Origin: Acidimicrobiales bacterium
GTDB taxonomy: Bacteria; Actinomycetota; Acidimicrobiia; Acidimicrobiales; CATQHL01
Assembly (NCBI GenBank): GCA_965204655.1
Contig: OZ241998.1
Location: 224,464-288,463 of the forward strand
Length of the DNA: 64,000 nucleotides
Direction of reading: 5' to 3'
Shown here: piece after piece, positions 29,228-38,749 of the stretch
How positions within the stretch are numbered: position 1 is the stretch's first letter
Layout: the number at the start of each line of letters is the position of its first letter
Position numbers and translations under genes: made by a program
Notes under the pieces: generated by a model
Databases searched by the model: none
What the model saw: only the letters and a program-made list of their open reading frames with translations
What the model was told of the DNA's origin: nothing

Positions 29228-30321
29228 TTGTGGTCAAGATCGGCACTTCGTCGCTCACCGACGACGGAGGACGCGTAGACCGCGCCGAGATACGGCGTAT
29301 CTGCAGGCGGTTGGCCGATCTGCGCCTAGACGGCCACCAGGCGGTGCTCGTAACTTCGGCCGCCATAGGGGTGGGACGCTCCATCATGGGTCTTGAGAGT
29401 CGTCCGGACGATCCGGTGACGCTCCAGGCGCTGTCGGCTGTGGGCCAGGGTCACCTGATGTCAATGTACGAGGAGACCTTGAATCCGTTCGGAATCGTGG
29501 CTGCCCAGATTCTGCTGACGCCTCTGGACTTTTTCGAGCGGAGCCGCTACCTCAGGGTGCGTCACACCATTCAGCGCCTCCTCGAAATGGACGTCCTGCC
29601 GATAATCAACGAAAACGACGCCGTAGCCGACGACGCCATCCGTTTTGGCGACAACGACCGAATAGCGGCGCTGGTTGCTCAACTCATTGCCGCCGACCTG
29701 TTGGTGTTGCTGACCGACACCGAAGGGTTTATGACTGAAGACCCGCGCCTGTCTCCGGGAGCCTCCCTCGTTGCGGAGATAGCGCAAGTCAACCAGGAAC
29801 TGGAAGCGATGGCGGGCGGCATTGGTAATCAGGACGCCCGCGGCGGCATGGCTTCCAAGCTCTCAGCGGCCAAGATCGCAGCCTGGGGCGGCGTGCCCAC
29901 AGTCATAGCTTCCAACGACCGTCGGGGGGTGCTCAGAGACGCCGTGGCGGGCAAGCCCGTCGGGACTTTAGCCAAGCCTCGCGAGCGTCATTTGAGTGCT
30001 CGCAAGCTCTGGATCGGTTTTGCCATGCGAACCTCAGGGAAACTCTTCGTAGACGAAGGCGCCCGTCGAGCGGTCGTGGAGCAAGGCAGGTCGCTGCTGG
30101 CCGTCGGGGTGAAGGCTGTTGAGGGCGGTTTTTCGGCAGGCGATGCGGTAGAGGTCGCAGGGCCCGACGGTGAGACGTTCGCCAAGGGTTTGGTGTCTCA
30201 GACAGCAGACCGTCTGGAGTCGGTGATCGGGAAGCGCTCCGCCGAGTTAGGGGGAGGATCACAAGGAGAGTTGATACACCGCGACAACATGGTCACCTTG
30301 GTGTGGGAGGAACCTCGCTGA
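29221..30321 (+). CDS. proB: Glutamate 5-kinase with a C-terminal PUA domain
   Basis: VVKIGTSSLTD amino-acid-kinase N-terminus. PUA domain at the C-terminus. Confidence 0.9.
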   Translation: MLVVVKIGTSSLTDDGGRVDRAEIRRICRRLADLRLDGHQAVLVTSAAIGVGRSIMGLESRPDDPVTLQALSAVGQGHLMSMYEETLNPFGIVAAQILLTPLDFFERSRYLRVRHTIQRLLEMDVLPIINENDAVADDAIRFGDNDRIAALVAQLIAADLLVLLTDTEGFMTEDPRLSPGASLVAEIAQVNQELEAMAGGIGNQDARGGMASKLSAAKIAAWGGVPTVIASNDRRGVLRDAVAGKPVGTLAKPRERHLSARKLWIGFAMRTSGKLFVDEGARRAVVEQGRSLLAVGVKAVEGGFSAGDAVEVAGPDGETFAKGLVSQTADRLESVIGKRSAELGGGSQGELIHRDNMVTLVWEEPR

Positions 30322-30378
30322 GAGTGGACGCCTGCGCGGCTTCGCTGCGACGCGGGGGCTCGGAGGCTGGGCTTCGCA

Positions 30379-31308
30379 GTGATTCTTGATCTGGTTTTTG
30401 CGGTCGGCGGTCTAGGTCTCCTCCTGCTCGGATCGGAGAACATGGTCACCAGCTCGGCCCGGCTGGCGGAGCGTCGGGGTATCTCCCCGATCGTGGTGGG
30501 TGGTCTGATCCTCGGGTTCGGAACCAGCCTGCCGGAGTTGGTGGTGTCGGGCACCGCGGCCATCCGCGGGGATACCGCTCTGGGAGTTGGGAACATCGTG
30601 GGTTCGAACCTCGCCAACCTGGGGTTGGTGCTCGGTTTTACGGCGCTGCTCACCCCAATAGCGGTGGATAGTTCGACTTGGCGGCGGGTACCTGTGTCTT
30701 CGTTGTCGGTGGTTCTGTTTGCGTTGTTTATGAAGACGGGGGGGCGTCTGGAGCGCTGGGAAGGTGCCGTCTTGCTGGTCGCTTTTGTGGCTGCCACCTG
30801 GTTTTTTCTGCGGGAGACCGATGCCCGTCCCGACTCCGACGCCGCTTCCGGGCAGCCTCTGACGGCTTGGGAGGTGTGGAAAATCCCCCTGGGCCTGGCC
30901 GCTACCCTGGGCGGGGCTCAGTTGGCTGTAGAAGGATTCCAGGACATCGCCGAGCGACTAGGTTGGGATTCCGGTTTTGTGGGGGTTTCCCTGGTGGCGG
31001 TCGGCACGTCCCTGCCGGAACTCTTCATCGGCCTGGCGGGAATAAGGCAGAAACAACCGATGTTGTCGCTGGGCAACATCCTAGGAAGCAACGTCTTCAA
31101 CAGCTTGGCCGTGATCGGGCTGGTGACTTTGGTCAGACCGGGGGGCTACAGCAGCGAGGGCGTTCCCTGGGTAGCGGGCTTCTCTATGCTGGGGATGGTC
31201 GCTCTCTCAGTGGTGCTGTTCGCGAACGGACGCTGCCTGAGACGCTGGGAAGGGGCCTTGTTGTTGGCCGGCTACGCTACTGCTCTTCCTCTGGTTCAGA
31301 TCTACTGA
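30379..31308 (+). CDS. CaCA-family sodium/calcium (cation) antiporter, YrbG-like
   Basis: Two alpha-repeats GTSLPEL...GSN(L/V)(A/F)N. About 10 TM helices. Confidence 0.8.
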   Translation: MILDLVFAVGGLGLLLLGSENMVTSSARLAERRGISPIVVGGLILGFGTSLPELVVSGTAAIRGDTALGVGNIVGSNLANLGLVLGFTALLTPIAVDSSTWRRVPVSSLSVVLFALFMKTGGRLERWEGAVLLVAFVAATWFFLRETDARPDSDAASGQPLTAWEVWKIPLGLAATLGGAQLAVEGFQDIAERLGWDSGFVGVSLVAVGTSLPELFIGLAGIRQKQPMLSLGNILGSNVFNSLAVIGLVTLVRPGGYSSEGVPWVAGFSMLGMVALSVVLFANGRCLRRWEGALLLAGYATALPLVQIY

Positions 31309-32725
31309 GCCCGTCCTCCTCCGGCCTGGCGAGTTCGTCGGCTGCTCGGCGGAGCTTGTCGCTCAGTTCTTCGTCGTTGAGTTCCCCTAGGTAGGAAGGG
31401 AGTTTCACCCCCACTTTTCCGGCCAGATCCTGAATGGGCGGCAGAGCGCCGATCAGACTCGACAGGAAGTTGGCGGTGCTGCTTCCTCCGCTGGAGTTGT
31501 TCCCGTTCCCGTTGCCCGAGTCCCAGACCGTCACCTGGTCGATCTTCAGGTTGGAGATGGCCTTGACCTGCTCCGACACGAGGTTGGGCAACTGTTCGGC
31601 GACGAGCATCAGGGTGGCGTGCTGGGCGTCACCCCCCATCCTGTCCACGAGCGTCCCTAGACCCTCAGCGCGACGCGTCAGCAAGGCCAGGATGCCCAGA
31701 GCCTCGGCTTCCATGAGCAGTCTCTGGCCGTCCGCCTCGCCCGCCTTGACGAGGCGTATCTGCTCGGCCTCGGCGTTTGCGAGGGTGCGTATGCGCTCCC
31801 GCTCGACTTCCGCCGGAACCACCACGTCAGCGTGCTGAGCGGCCTTGTCGCGCTCGGCGCGCGCCCGCTCCGCTTCGGTTTCCGCAGCGAAGGACTCCTG
31901 TTCGGCTTTAGCGGAGGTCACCCTCTCGGCTGCAGCCGCTGCCCTCTCCGCCTCAGCTTCCTTCTGGCGGCGCTCGCTGTTGGAGCGGGCGATCTGCACT
32001 TCGGCTTCGTTCTCTCCTTCGGTCGCGGTGGCGTTTGCCTGGGACACCTGGATGCGCTGTTCCCTTTGGGCTTGAGCGGAGCCGATGTCGCCGTCGCGTT
32101 CCTGTTCGGCCACCTTGATCTTGGCCTCGTTGATCGCCCGGGCGGCTGCTTCTCTTCCCAGGGCGTCGATGTACCCGGACTCATCGGTTATGTCCTGGAT
32201 GTTGACGTTGATGAGCCTGAGACCGACCTTGCGGAGTTCGATCTCTAGAGATTCGGAGATGTTGGATATGAGCTTTTCCCGATCTGCGTTGATCTCCTCG
32301 ATCGGCATGGTGGCGATGACCACACGCATCTGCCCGAAGATGATGTCTCGCGCCAAGTTTTCGATTTCCGTGAGATCCAGACCCAAAAGGCGCTCGGCGG
32401 CGTTCTGCATGACGCCCGGCTCTGTGGATATACCCACCGTGAAGGTTGCCGGGGTGTTCACGCGGATGTTCTGCTGCGAGAGCGCTCCCTGGAGACGAAT
32501 CTCTATAGGGATGGGCGTGAGGTCAAGGAATGCGGAATCCTGGATTATCGGCCACACCAGGGCGCCCCCGCCGTGCATGCATCGAGCCGATTCGCCTTCT
32601 CCGCCGACGCGTCCGTAGACCACCAATACTCGGTCGGATGGACAGCGTCTGTAGCGGGATGCGACCCACAAGAAGGCAATCAGCAGGATTGCTACTAGGC
32701 CGACTACTAGAGCGATTGTCGCCAT
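31277..32725 (-). CDS. Flotillin-like SPFH/band-7 protein (YqiK-like) with a long Ala/Glu-rich coiled coil
   Basis: N-terminal TM segment, SPFH domain, EA-repeat coiled coil. Paired with an NfeD gene. Confidence 0.8.
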   Translation of the reverse strand: MATIALVVGLVAILLIAFLWVASRYRRCPSDRVLVVYGRVGGEGESARCMHGGGALVWPIIQDSAFLDLTPIPIEIRLQGALSQQNIRVNTPATFTVGISTEPGVMQNAAERLLGLDLTEIENLARDIIFGQMRVVIATMPIEEINADREKLISNISESLEIELRKVGLRLINVNIQDITDESGYIDALGREAAARAINEAKIKVAEQERDGDIGSAQAQREQRIQVSQANATATEGENEAEVQIARSNSERRQKEAEAERAAAAAERVTSAKAEQESFAAETEAERARAERDKAAQHADVVVPAEVERERIRTLANAEAEQIRLVKAGEADGQRLLMEAEALGILALLTRRAEGLGTLVDRMGGDAQHATLMLVAEQLPNLVSEQVKAISNLKIDQVTVWDSGNGNGNNSSGGSSTANFLSSLIGALPPIQDLAGKVGVKLPSYLGELNDEELSDKLRRAADELARPEEDGLSRSEPEEEQ

Positions 32726-32795
32726 TTGTTTCCTTTCTTGATGCGGGGCATCCCGCGATCAGTTAGCTGGAGGAATTCCTTAGTTAGAGGGCGTT

Positions 32796-33350
32796 TCAGA
32801 TCGGTTCTACCAACACCGTGGAGGGGTCGACCATTTCTACGACCTTCACTCTTGCCTTAGAGGGGATGAGGTCTTCGGCCTCGGTGTAGGCGTCTATGAG
32901 CCTCAGCCGCCCCTGCACCATTACCTCCACCTTGCCTGGGCTGGAACGGTTGGCCGAGATAGGCAGGTAGACGCTGCCGGTTTCCCCGACGGCGTTTTTG
33001 TAGTCCACCGACCCGCTCTCGTTCAGCTTGGAAAAACGCTTCCATAGAAGCGCCACCGTCAGGTAGATGGCCATCCCCACCGACGCCGCCACTATCACTG
33101 AGACGGTCGTGGATTGGTCTGCTTCCTTCATGATCACCCCGGTCCATCCGAAGGCGAAGAAGAAGGCGGTCAGGCTTCGCAGCGAGAGGAACCCCACGCC
33201 GGTGTCTTCGCTGGCGAAGTCCATGTCGAGGTCCAGCCCTATGCCCAGCGTGAGGAGCACTAGCTGAAGCACTAGCAATACGCCGGAGATGATCCCGATC
33301 AGGTAGAAGACCTGCAGGTCTCCGGTGAGCGCCCCCCACCATTCGCTCAT
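32796..33350 (-). CDS. NfeD-family membrane protein (YqiJ-like), partner of flotillin
   Basis: N-terminal TM helices plus a C-terminal NfeD OB-fold beta domain. Located immediately upstream of the flotillin gene. Confidence 0.7.
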   Translation of the reverse strand: MSEWWGALTGDLQVFYLIGIISGVLLVLQLVLLTLGIGLDLDMDFASEDTGVGFLSLRSLTAFFFAFGWTGVIMKEADQSTTVSVIVAASVGMAIYLTVALLWKRFSKLNESGSVDYKNAVGETGSVYLPISANRSSPGKVEVMVQGRLRLIDAYTEAEDLIPSKARVKVVEMVDPSTVLVEPI

Positions 33351-34848
33351 TTCTCAGTCCTCTTCTTCATTTCAGGCACTCAAGCAGAATATCATGGGTT
33401 GTTCGTCCCCTCGGGCCGAAGTCGCTTGCAGGTCACCTAGGAAAAGAACGGCTCTTGCGTCTTTTTCGGAAAACATCCCAAGGACAGGTTACAGGTTCGC
33501 TGCCGCATGGGCTGAAGACCCCGTCGGATGGCTGCTTTTCCGTACCCTCGGTATTGCGCCTGTACGCTCTGTTATCGTGGCAAGTCGGTATTGGTTGGAA
33601 ACGCTGGGTTGCCCCAAGAACCAGGTCGACTCCGACAAACTAGAAGGCACCTTGCAGGCGGACGGCCATCGCCGGGCATCTGAGGTGTCCGAAGCCGACC
33701 TGATCGTGGTCAACACCTGTGCGTTCATAGACGAAGCCCGCCGCGAGTCCTTGGAGGTGATCGACTCCCTGGCTCAGCGCCGCCGCAGAGGGGGGCGTTT
33801 GGTAGTCACGGGCTGCCTCGCTGAGCGATCCGGCGAGGAGTTGGCTGATCGCCCCGGAGTGGACGCCGTGCGAGGCTTCGGGCAGCCGCTCTCTCCGCCG
33901 ACGCGGCGAAAGAGGCTGCTCGCAGCGTCGGAGACGCCGCCGCTGCTGGACTTGCTGAACCTTCCCCGACCTCCTGCTCAGGTTCCTTGGGCTTACGTGA
34001 AGATCGCCGAGGGCTGCGACCGGCGCTGCGGCTACTGCGCCATCCCTTCTTTCCGAGGTCCGCAGCGTTCCCGTGAGATGGGCGGGGTGCTCGCAGAGAT
34101 CGAAGCGCTTGGGGCGTCCGAAGTGGTGCTCGTAGCCCAAGACTTGGCCTCCTACGGGCGCGACGGAGGCAACGGACGCCGCCGGCTCGTGGAACTCCTA
34201 GAGGCCGCCCGCGAACTGGTGCCGTGGGTGAGGCTGCTGTATCTCTACCCGTCTGACCTCACCGACGAACTCTTGGAGGCGATTCTGGCGACAGAGGTTC
34301 CTTATTTCGACCTCTCGCTTCAGCACGTGTCGCGCCCCCTGCTGCGTCGAATGAGGCGGTGGGGCGACGGGCGGCGCTTCTCCGAACGCATCGCAGAGAT
34401 CCGGCGCGCCGCTCCGGAAGCTGTCTTCCGGTCGAACTTCATCGTGGGCTACCCGGGCGAGACCGAGGAGGATCATGATCAACTGCTGGACTTCGTCGCT
34501 CAGAATCGGCTGGACTGGGTGGGTTCGTTCGCTTACTCCGAGGAATCGGGCACCCACTCGGCGGGGCTTGACCGGAAAGTCCCTCCCGCCTTGGCGTCGG
34601 AGCGCCTGAGGGAACTTCGTGAACTCTGCGACGAGATCACGGAGTCTCTTCGGGACACCCTGATTGGGAAGCGGGCTAAGGTGCTCGTTGAAGGCGAGGG
34701 AAGGGCTCGGAGCTACCGAGAGGCGCCCGAGATCGACGGGATCGTCAAGGTTCCTCCGAATTTGGCGGCGGGCGAGTTTCACGAGGTGGACATCGTTGCC
34801 TCGGAGGGGGTGGACCTGATTGGGGTCCCGGCGGGGTCGGGCGCTTGA
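33325..34848 (+). CDS. rimO: Ribosomal protein S12 methylthiotransferase RimO (MiaB-family radical SAM). The true start is probably the GTG at 33577, because the long ORF overlaps the divergent nfeD.
   Basis: UPF0004 domain LETLGCPKNQVDS. Radical SAM CxxxCxxC (CDRRCGYC). TRAM domain. Confidence 0.8.
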   Translation: MSAPHHSLISQSSSSFQALKQNIMGCSSPRAEVACRSPRKRTALASFSENIPRTGYRFAAAWAEDPVGWLLFRTLGIAPVRSVIVASRYWLETLGCPKNQVDSDKLEGTLQADGHRRASEVSEADLIVVNTCAFIDEARRESLEVIDSLAQRRRRGGRLVVTGCLAERSGEELADRPGVDAVRGFGQPLSPPTRRKRLLAASETPPLLDLLNLPRPPAQVPWAYVKIAEGCDRRCGYCAIPSFRGPQRSREMGGVLAEIEALGASEVVLVAQDLASYGRDGGNGRRRLVELLEAARELVPWVRLLYLYPSDLTDELLEAILATEVPYFDLSLQHVSRPLLRRMRRWGDGRRFSERIAEIRRAAPEAVFRSNFIVGYPGETEEDHDQLLDFVAQNRLDWVGSFAYSEESGTHSAGLDRKVPPALASERLRELRELCDEITESLRDTLIGKRAKVLVEGEGRARSYREAPEIDGIVKVPPNLAAGEFHEVDIVASEGVDLIGVPAGSGA

Positions 34849-35480
34849 ACTCTGTCCTCTCAAGCCTCGGGAACCCTGCCAATCTGGTGACGGTCGGACG
34901 CCTCGCAATCTCGCCCTTGCTTTTCTGGCTGATTCTCGACGCTCCTGACGGCTCCGGCGCTTCCTGGTGGGGGTTCGCGGTGGGGATGGTGCTGGGAGCC
35001 TCCGACGCCTGGGACGGACGCCTGGCGCGTAACTCAGGGCACCAGACGCGCCTCGGCGCGTTCCTGGACCCGCTCGCCGACAAGGTCATGGTGCTGGGAG
35101 CCATGTTCTGCTTTGCGTCGCTGGGGCGTTTCGGTTGGGTGCCCGTGGGGCTGATTACGGCTAGAGAGGCGGCGATCAGCGTCTACCGCATCGGAATCGC
35201 CCGCAGCGGGTTGGTGTTGCCCGCCCGCTATTCCGCCAAGTGGAAGACCATCGTCCAGGGTCTGCCGCTGACGGCGGCCATCCTTCCCCCGCTGGTGGAA
35301 GTGAGCGTGATAGTGCCGCTGCTGCTATGGATAGCGGTGGCGATGACGTATCTGACCGGCTTCCAGTATCTGATCGACGTTCGAGCGGCGGGATCGGCCG
35401 GAGAAACCCTGAAATCCTCGGTGGGCGAACACCCGGTCGGGGAACACCGGCGGGAGGGAGGATCGACCGGTGAAGTGTGA
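34845..35480 (+). CDS. pgsA: CDP-diacylglycerol--glycerol-3-phosphate 3-phosphatidyltransferase (CDP-alcohol phosphatidyltransferase)
   Basis: D(x)2DG(x)2AR...G(x)3D(x)3D motif: DAWDGRLARN...GAFLDPLADK. Confidence 0.8.
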   Translation: MNSVLSSLGNPANLVTVGRLAISPLLFWLILDAPDGSGASWWGFAVGMVLGASDAWDGRLARNSGHQTRLGAFLDPLADKVMVLGAMFCFASLGRFGWVPVGLITAREAAISVYRIGIARSGLVLPARYSAKWKTIVQGLPLTAAILPPLVEVSVIVPLLLWIAVAMTYLTGFQYLIDVRAAGSAGETLKSSVGEHPVGEHRREGGSTGEV

Positions 35481-36732
35481 AGTCGTGGCGGTCGGCACGG
35501 AGTTGCTGTTGGGTCAGGTCACCGACACCAACTCCGCCTGGATAGGAGAGCAGTTGGCGCTGGAGGGCATCGACATCCACTACCAGTGCAAGGTAGGCGA
35601 CAATCTGGAGCGCATCTGCGAGGCGCTCCAAACCGCCCTGGGGCGCAGCGACGCCGTGGTGGTCTGCGGCGGGCTCGGCCCGACACCCGACGACATCACC
35701 CGCGAGGCGCTTGCAGCGGTCATGGGTGTCCCTCTGCGCCGCCGTGAGGATCAGGTGGAGCGCATCCGCAAGGTCTTCGCAGGACGTCAAAGAGGCATGC
35801 CGGATAACAACCTCCGCCAGGCGGACGCCCCTGAGGGCGCCGAGGTCATCCCGATCCTGCCCGGGACAGCTCCTGGTCTCGCCTGTCCGGTGGATGGCAA
35901 GGTCGTCTACGCGGTACCTGGAGTTCCTTGGGAGATGAAGGCGATGTTCAGCGGCTGGATCGTTGATGACCTGCGTCGCAGATTCCCTAGGAGCGGCGTG
36001 ATAGTAAGCCGCACCCTTCGCACCTGGGGCGAATCGGAGTCGGGCCTAGCGGAGAAACTCGACGGGGTCATGCGGCGGCTAGACGAGAGCCGTTCTGCGA
36101 CTTTGGCGTTCTTGGCATCGGGTGTAGAAGGTCTCAAGGTGCGTCTGACCACTAAGGCGGAGACGGAAGAGGAGGCCGCGGACGTTCTTGATGCAGAGGA
36201 GGCCGCAGTGCGCGCCGCCGTCGGCGAGCACCTGGTGTTCGGGGTAGGGGAGGAGACTATGGAGTCTGTCGTGCTGGATCTCTGTCGGCGAAGCGGCTAC
36301 GCCCTGGCTGCGGCCGAGTCCGTGACCGGGGGGATGATTGCCTCCCGCCTCGTGGGAGTGCCTGGCGCCAGTGAAGTGTTCCGAGGTTCCGTGGTGGCGT
36401 ATGAGGGGGAGGTCAAGCGGGAACTGCTTGGAGTGCCCGAGGGGCCTGTGGTCTCCGAGGCCGCAGTCCGTGCCATGGCGGAGGGGGTTTGCCGGCTGCT
36501 GCGGGCGGACTGTTCTGTAGCGGTGAGCGGGGTGGCGGGGCCGGCGTCTTCCGAAGGGGAGAAGCCTGGCACCGTGTGGATGGCGACCGCCGTCGAAGGC
36601 AGCACGCAGGCCCGGAGGGTGGTCTTTCCGTTTGACAGAGAGCGCACACGGCAGTTCGCAACGATCACATCCTTGAACTTCTTGCGTCTTCGCCTGCTGC
36701 ACCTAGACGGCGACCCCGTGCCCTGGCAGTAA
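35470..36732 (+). CDS. cinA: CinA-family competence/damage-inducible protein (NMN amidohydrolase PncC-like)
   Basis: N-terminal MoCF-binding domain (VVAVGTELLLGQVTDTNS) and C-terminal CinA domain. Confidence 0.85.
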   Translation: MKCEVVAVGTELLLGQVTDTNSAWIGEQLALEGIDIHYQCKVGDNLERICEALQTALGRSDAVVVCGGLGPTPDDITREALAAVMGVPLRRREDQVERIRKVFAGRQRGMPDNNLRQADAPEGAEVIPILPGTAPGLACPVDGKVVYAVPGVPWEMKAMFSGWIVDDLRRRFPRSGVIVSRTLRTWGESESGLAEKLDGVMRRLDESRSATLAFLASGVEGLKVRLTTKAETEEEAADVLDAEEAAVRAAVGEHLVFGVGEETMESVVLDLCRRSGYALAAAESVTGGMIASRLVGVPGASEVFRGSVVAYEGEVKRELLGVPEGPVVSEAAVRAMAEGVCRLLRADCSVAVSGVAGPASSEGEKPGTVWMATAVEGSTQARRVVFPFDRERTRQFATITSLNFLRLRLLHLDGDPVPWQ

Positions 36733-36839
36733 CTTCTGCCGTACTTCGGGTGGACGCAGCCCTGTAGCAGGGCACATCATCCGCCCTGGGGTTTGGGCTA
36801 GGCGCCCGGGTGGGCCGACGGGTGGATTGCCCGAGGGGT

Positions 36840-38513
36840 TTACCGCCAGAGGCGGCGGCTGATCGGGCGGAGCAGGTCGCGCGCCGCCGGATGCCCTCCG
36901 GCGCTGGCCGCCAAGAGGTAGACGATCCCGACCGCCGCCAATGACAAGGGGGCAGCCAGAAGAGCGTGGGAGTTTCCCAGCAGTCGGAGCATCACCAGAG
37001 CGACTAGCGAAGCTGCGGCTGCGGCGGGCAGCAGTCGCAGCGCAAGCCTGCCGAAGGGGGCGCGGATGCCTAATTCTCGGCGGATGTGGCGGCGCAGAAG
37101 CCCGAACTCCATCCACGACGCAACCGCCGCCGCTAAAGCCAGCCCGACGGCGCCGAGCCTCCGGATGCCGCCTTCCCCCCTAATGTCAGCGTCCAGCAGC
37201 CAGAAGGCAGGTACGTCTCCCAGGCGGAAGACGGCTCCGTCCACGACTCCCAGCCGGTCTAGCTGCAGCATCAGCAGGAAGCCTCCGCCGGCCGCGAGCA
37301 GCAGTCTGCCTGCGGCTATGCGAGCCGGGGTCTTCACATCGCCCGCCGCGTAGCAGGTGTTCTGCAGCAACCGGGAGAGACCCGCTGCCACGATGCCCAG
37401 GCTGTAGGCGGCCAGCACCAGCCAGACGGCGTAGGTGTCGTCGGTGGTGAAGTTGACGCGCTCGTAGAGAGCCGCCACCATCGGGCGCCCCAGCACCGTG
37501 AAAGCGAGCAGGAAAAAAACGAGGAAGAACATCACCCGCGATCCGCTTACCACCAGACGTTCAGAGAGCATCGCCCTGCTGCGTTGTTCCCGGGATATCT
37601 CCGGGAGGTCGGCGGCGGCCACAGAGATGGCGAAAACGCTGATGGGGAGGAGGTAAAGCACCTGGGCGCGATCCAGGAAGGCCACCGCGCCGGTCGCCAG
37701 CAGAGAGGCGAGTATGACGTCTAAGTAGGCGGATAATGTCACCACGCCGCGGCCTGCCGCGGCCGGCCCGAAACGTCTTAGCACCTCTCGCACGGCTTGC
37801 ATCCGCAGGCTGAGACTGAGGCGCAGCCTAGGAACCAGCCCCAGCACGGAGGGCAGTTGTATGGCGAACTGCAGTCCTCCGCCTATCAAGACCCCCCAGG
37901 CCGCTGCGCTGGCTATATCCGTCTCGCTGCCGCCTGCTATGCCCGCTCCCGCCAGGGCTGCGATGATCGCCAGGTTCCACAAAACAGGAGCCACGTACGA
38001 GAGAAAAAAGCGCCGATGGGCGTTCAGCACCCCCAGGCACCACGCCGCCAGGACTATGAAGCCCACCCCGCCCACCATGATCCGCAGCAGATAAGCGGTG
38101 AGTTCCGCCCTCTGAGCGTCGAAGCCCGGAGCCACGAGCCTCGTTAGCGGGCCGGCTAGCAGTATCGCCATCAGCACCAAGCCGCCGGTTACTGCCGCCA
38201 GAAGACCCGCCGTGGCGCCGGCTAAGCGGCCGGCTTTTTCCTCGTCGCCTTCCTGCAGAACCTGCGAGTAAACCGGGATGAATGAGGCGGACAGAGCGCC
38301 TTCCCCCAGCAGATTCTGAAGCATCTTGGGAATGCGCAGCGCCGCCCCGAACGCGTCCGCTCCTGCCCGCGTGCCTAGAAACGCCCCTAGCAGGATTTCC
38401 CGTATCAGGCCGGCGCAGCGGGAAAGGACGATGCCAGCGGCGACCAACTTGGCGCGTTTTCCGCTAAGTCGGCGTCGTGAACTGAAAGCGTCTCCGGGGG
38501 AAGACGAATTCAT
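36840..38513 (-). CDS. murJ: Lipid II flippase MurJ (MviN)
   Basis: MOP-superfamily 14-TM protein with conserved MurJ N-terminal region (LSRxxGLIREILLGAFLGT). Confidence 0.85.
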   Translation of the reverse strand: MNSSSPGDAFSSRRRLSGKRAKLVAAGIVLSRCAGLIREILLGAFLGTRAGADAFGAALRIPKMLQNLLGEGALSASFIPVYSQVLQEGDEEKAGRLAGATAGLLAAVTGGLVLMAILLAGPLTRLVAPGFDAQRAELTAYLLRIMVGGVGFIVLAAWCLGVLNAHRRFFLSYVAPVLWNLAIIAALAGAGIAGGSETDIASAAAWGVLIGGGLQFAIQLPSVLGLVPRLRLSLSLRMQAVREVLRRFGPAAAGRGVVTLSAYLDVILASLLATGAVAFLDRAQVLYLLPISVFAISVAAADLPEISREQRSRAMLSERLVVSGSRVMFFLVFFLLAFTVLGRPMVAALYERVNFTTDDTYAVWLVLAAYSLGIVAAGLSRLLQNTCYAAGDVKTPARIAAGRLLLAAGGGFLLMLQLDRLGVVDGAVFRLGDVPAFWLLDADIRGEGGIRRLGAVGLALAAAVASWMEFGLLRRHIRRELGIRAPFGRLALRLLPAAAAASLVALVMLRLLGNSHALLAAPLSLAAVGIVYLLAASAGGHPAARDLLRPISRRLWR

Positions 38514-38749
38514 AGGTTCATGGGTTGGCCGGGCGGTGGTCAGGTGCGCGCTCCGGCCAGCGCCTGGGGCCGCGGGGGGCGTTTCGACCTGGAATCGTCG
38601 GGATTATGCGGCAAGTTTAGGAAAAGCCCTCTGCAGGCGTGTAGAACGTCGCCGAGGTGCGGACGACACTCGGGGCTGCGTCAAGCGTCGGGGCTGCGTC
38701 AAGCGGTTCGTTTTGACCGGGAGACCCACCTGGTTGTAGGATTCGGCTT

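Noticed and set aside
36758-36772. Hairpin GCCCTGtagCAGGGC between convergent cinA and murJ as a terminator
   Set aside because: The stem is only 6 bp with a 3-nt loop and no U-tract. This is too weak to call.
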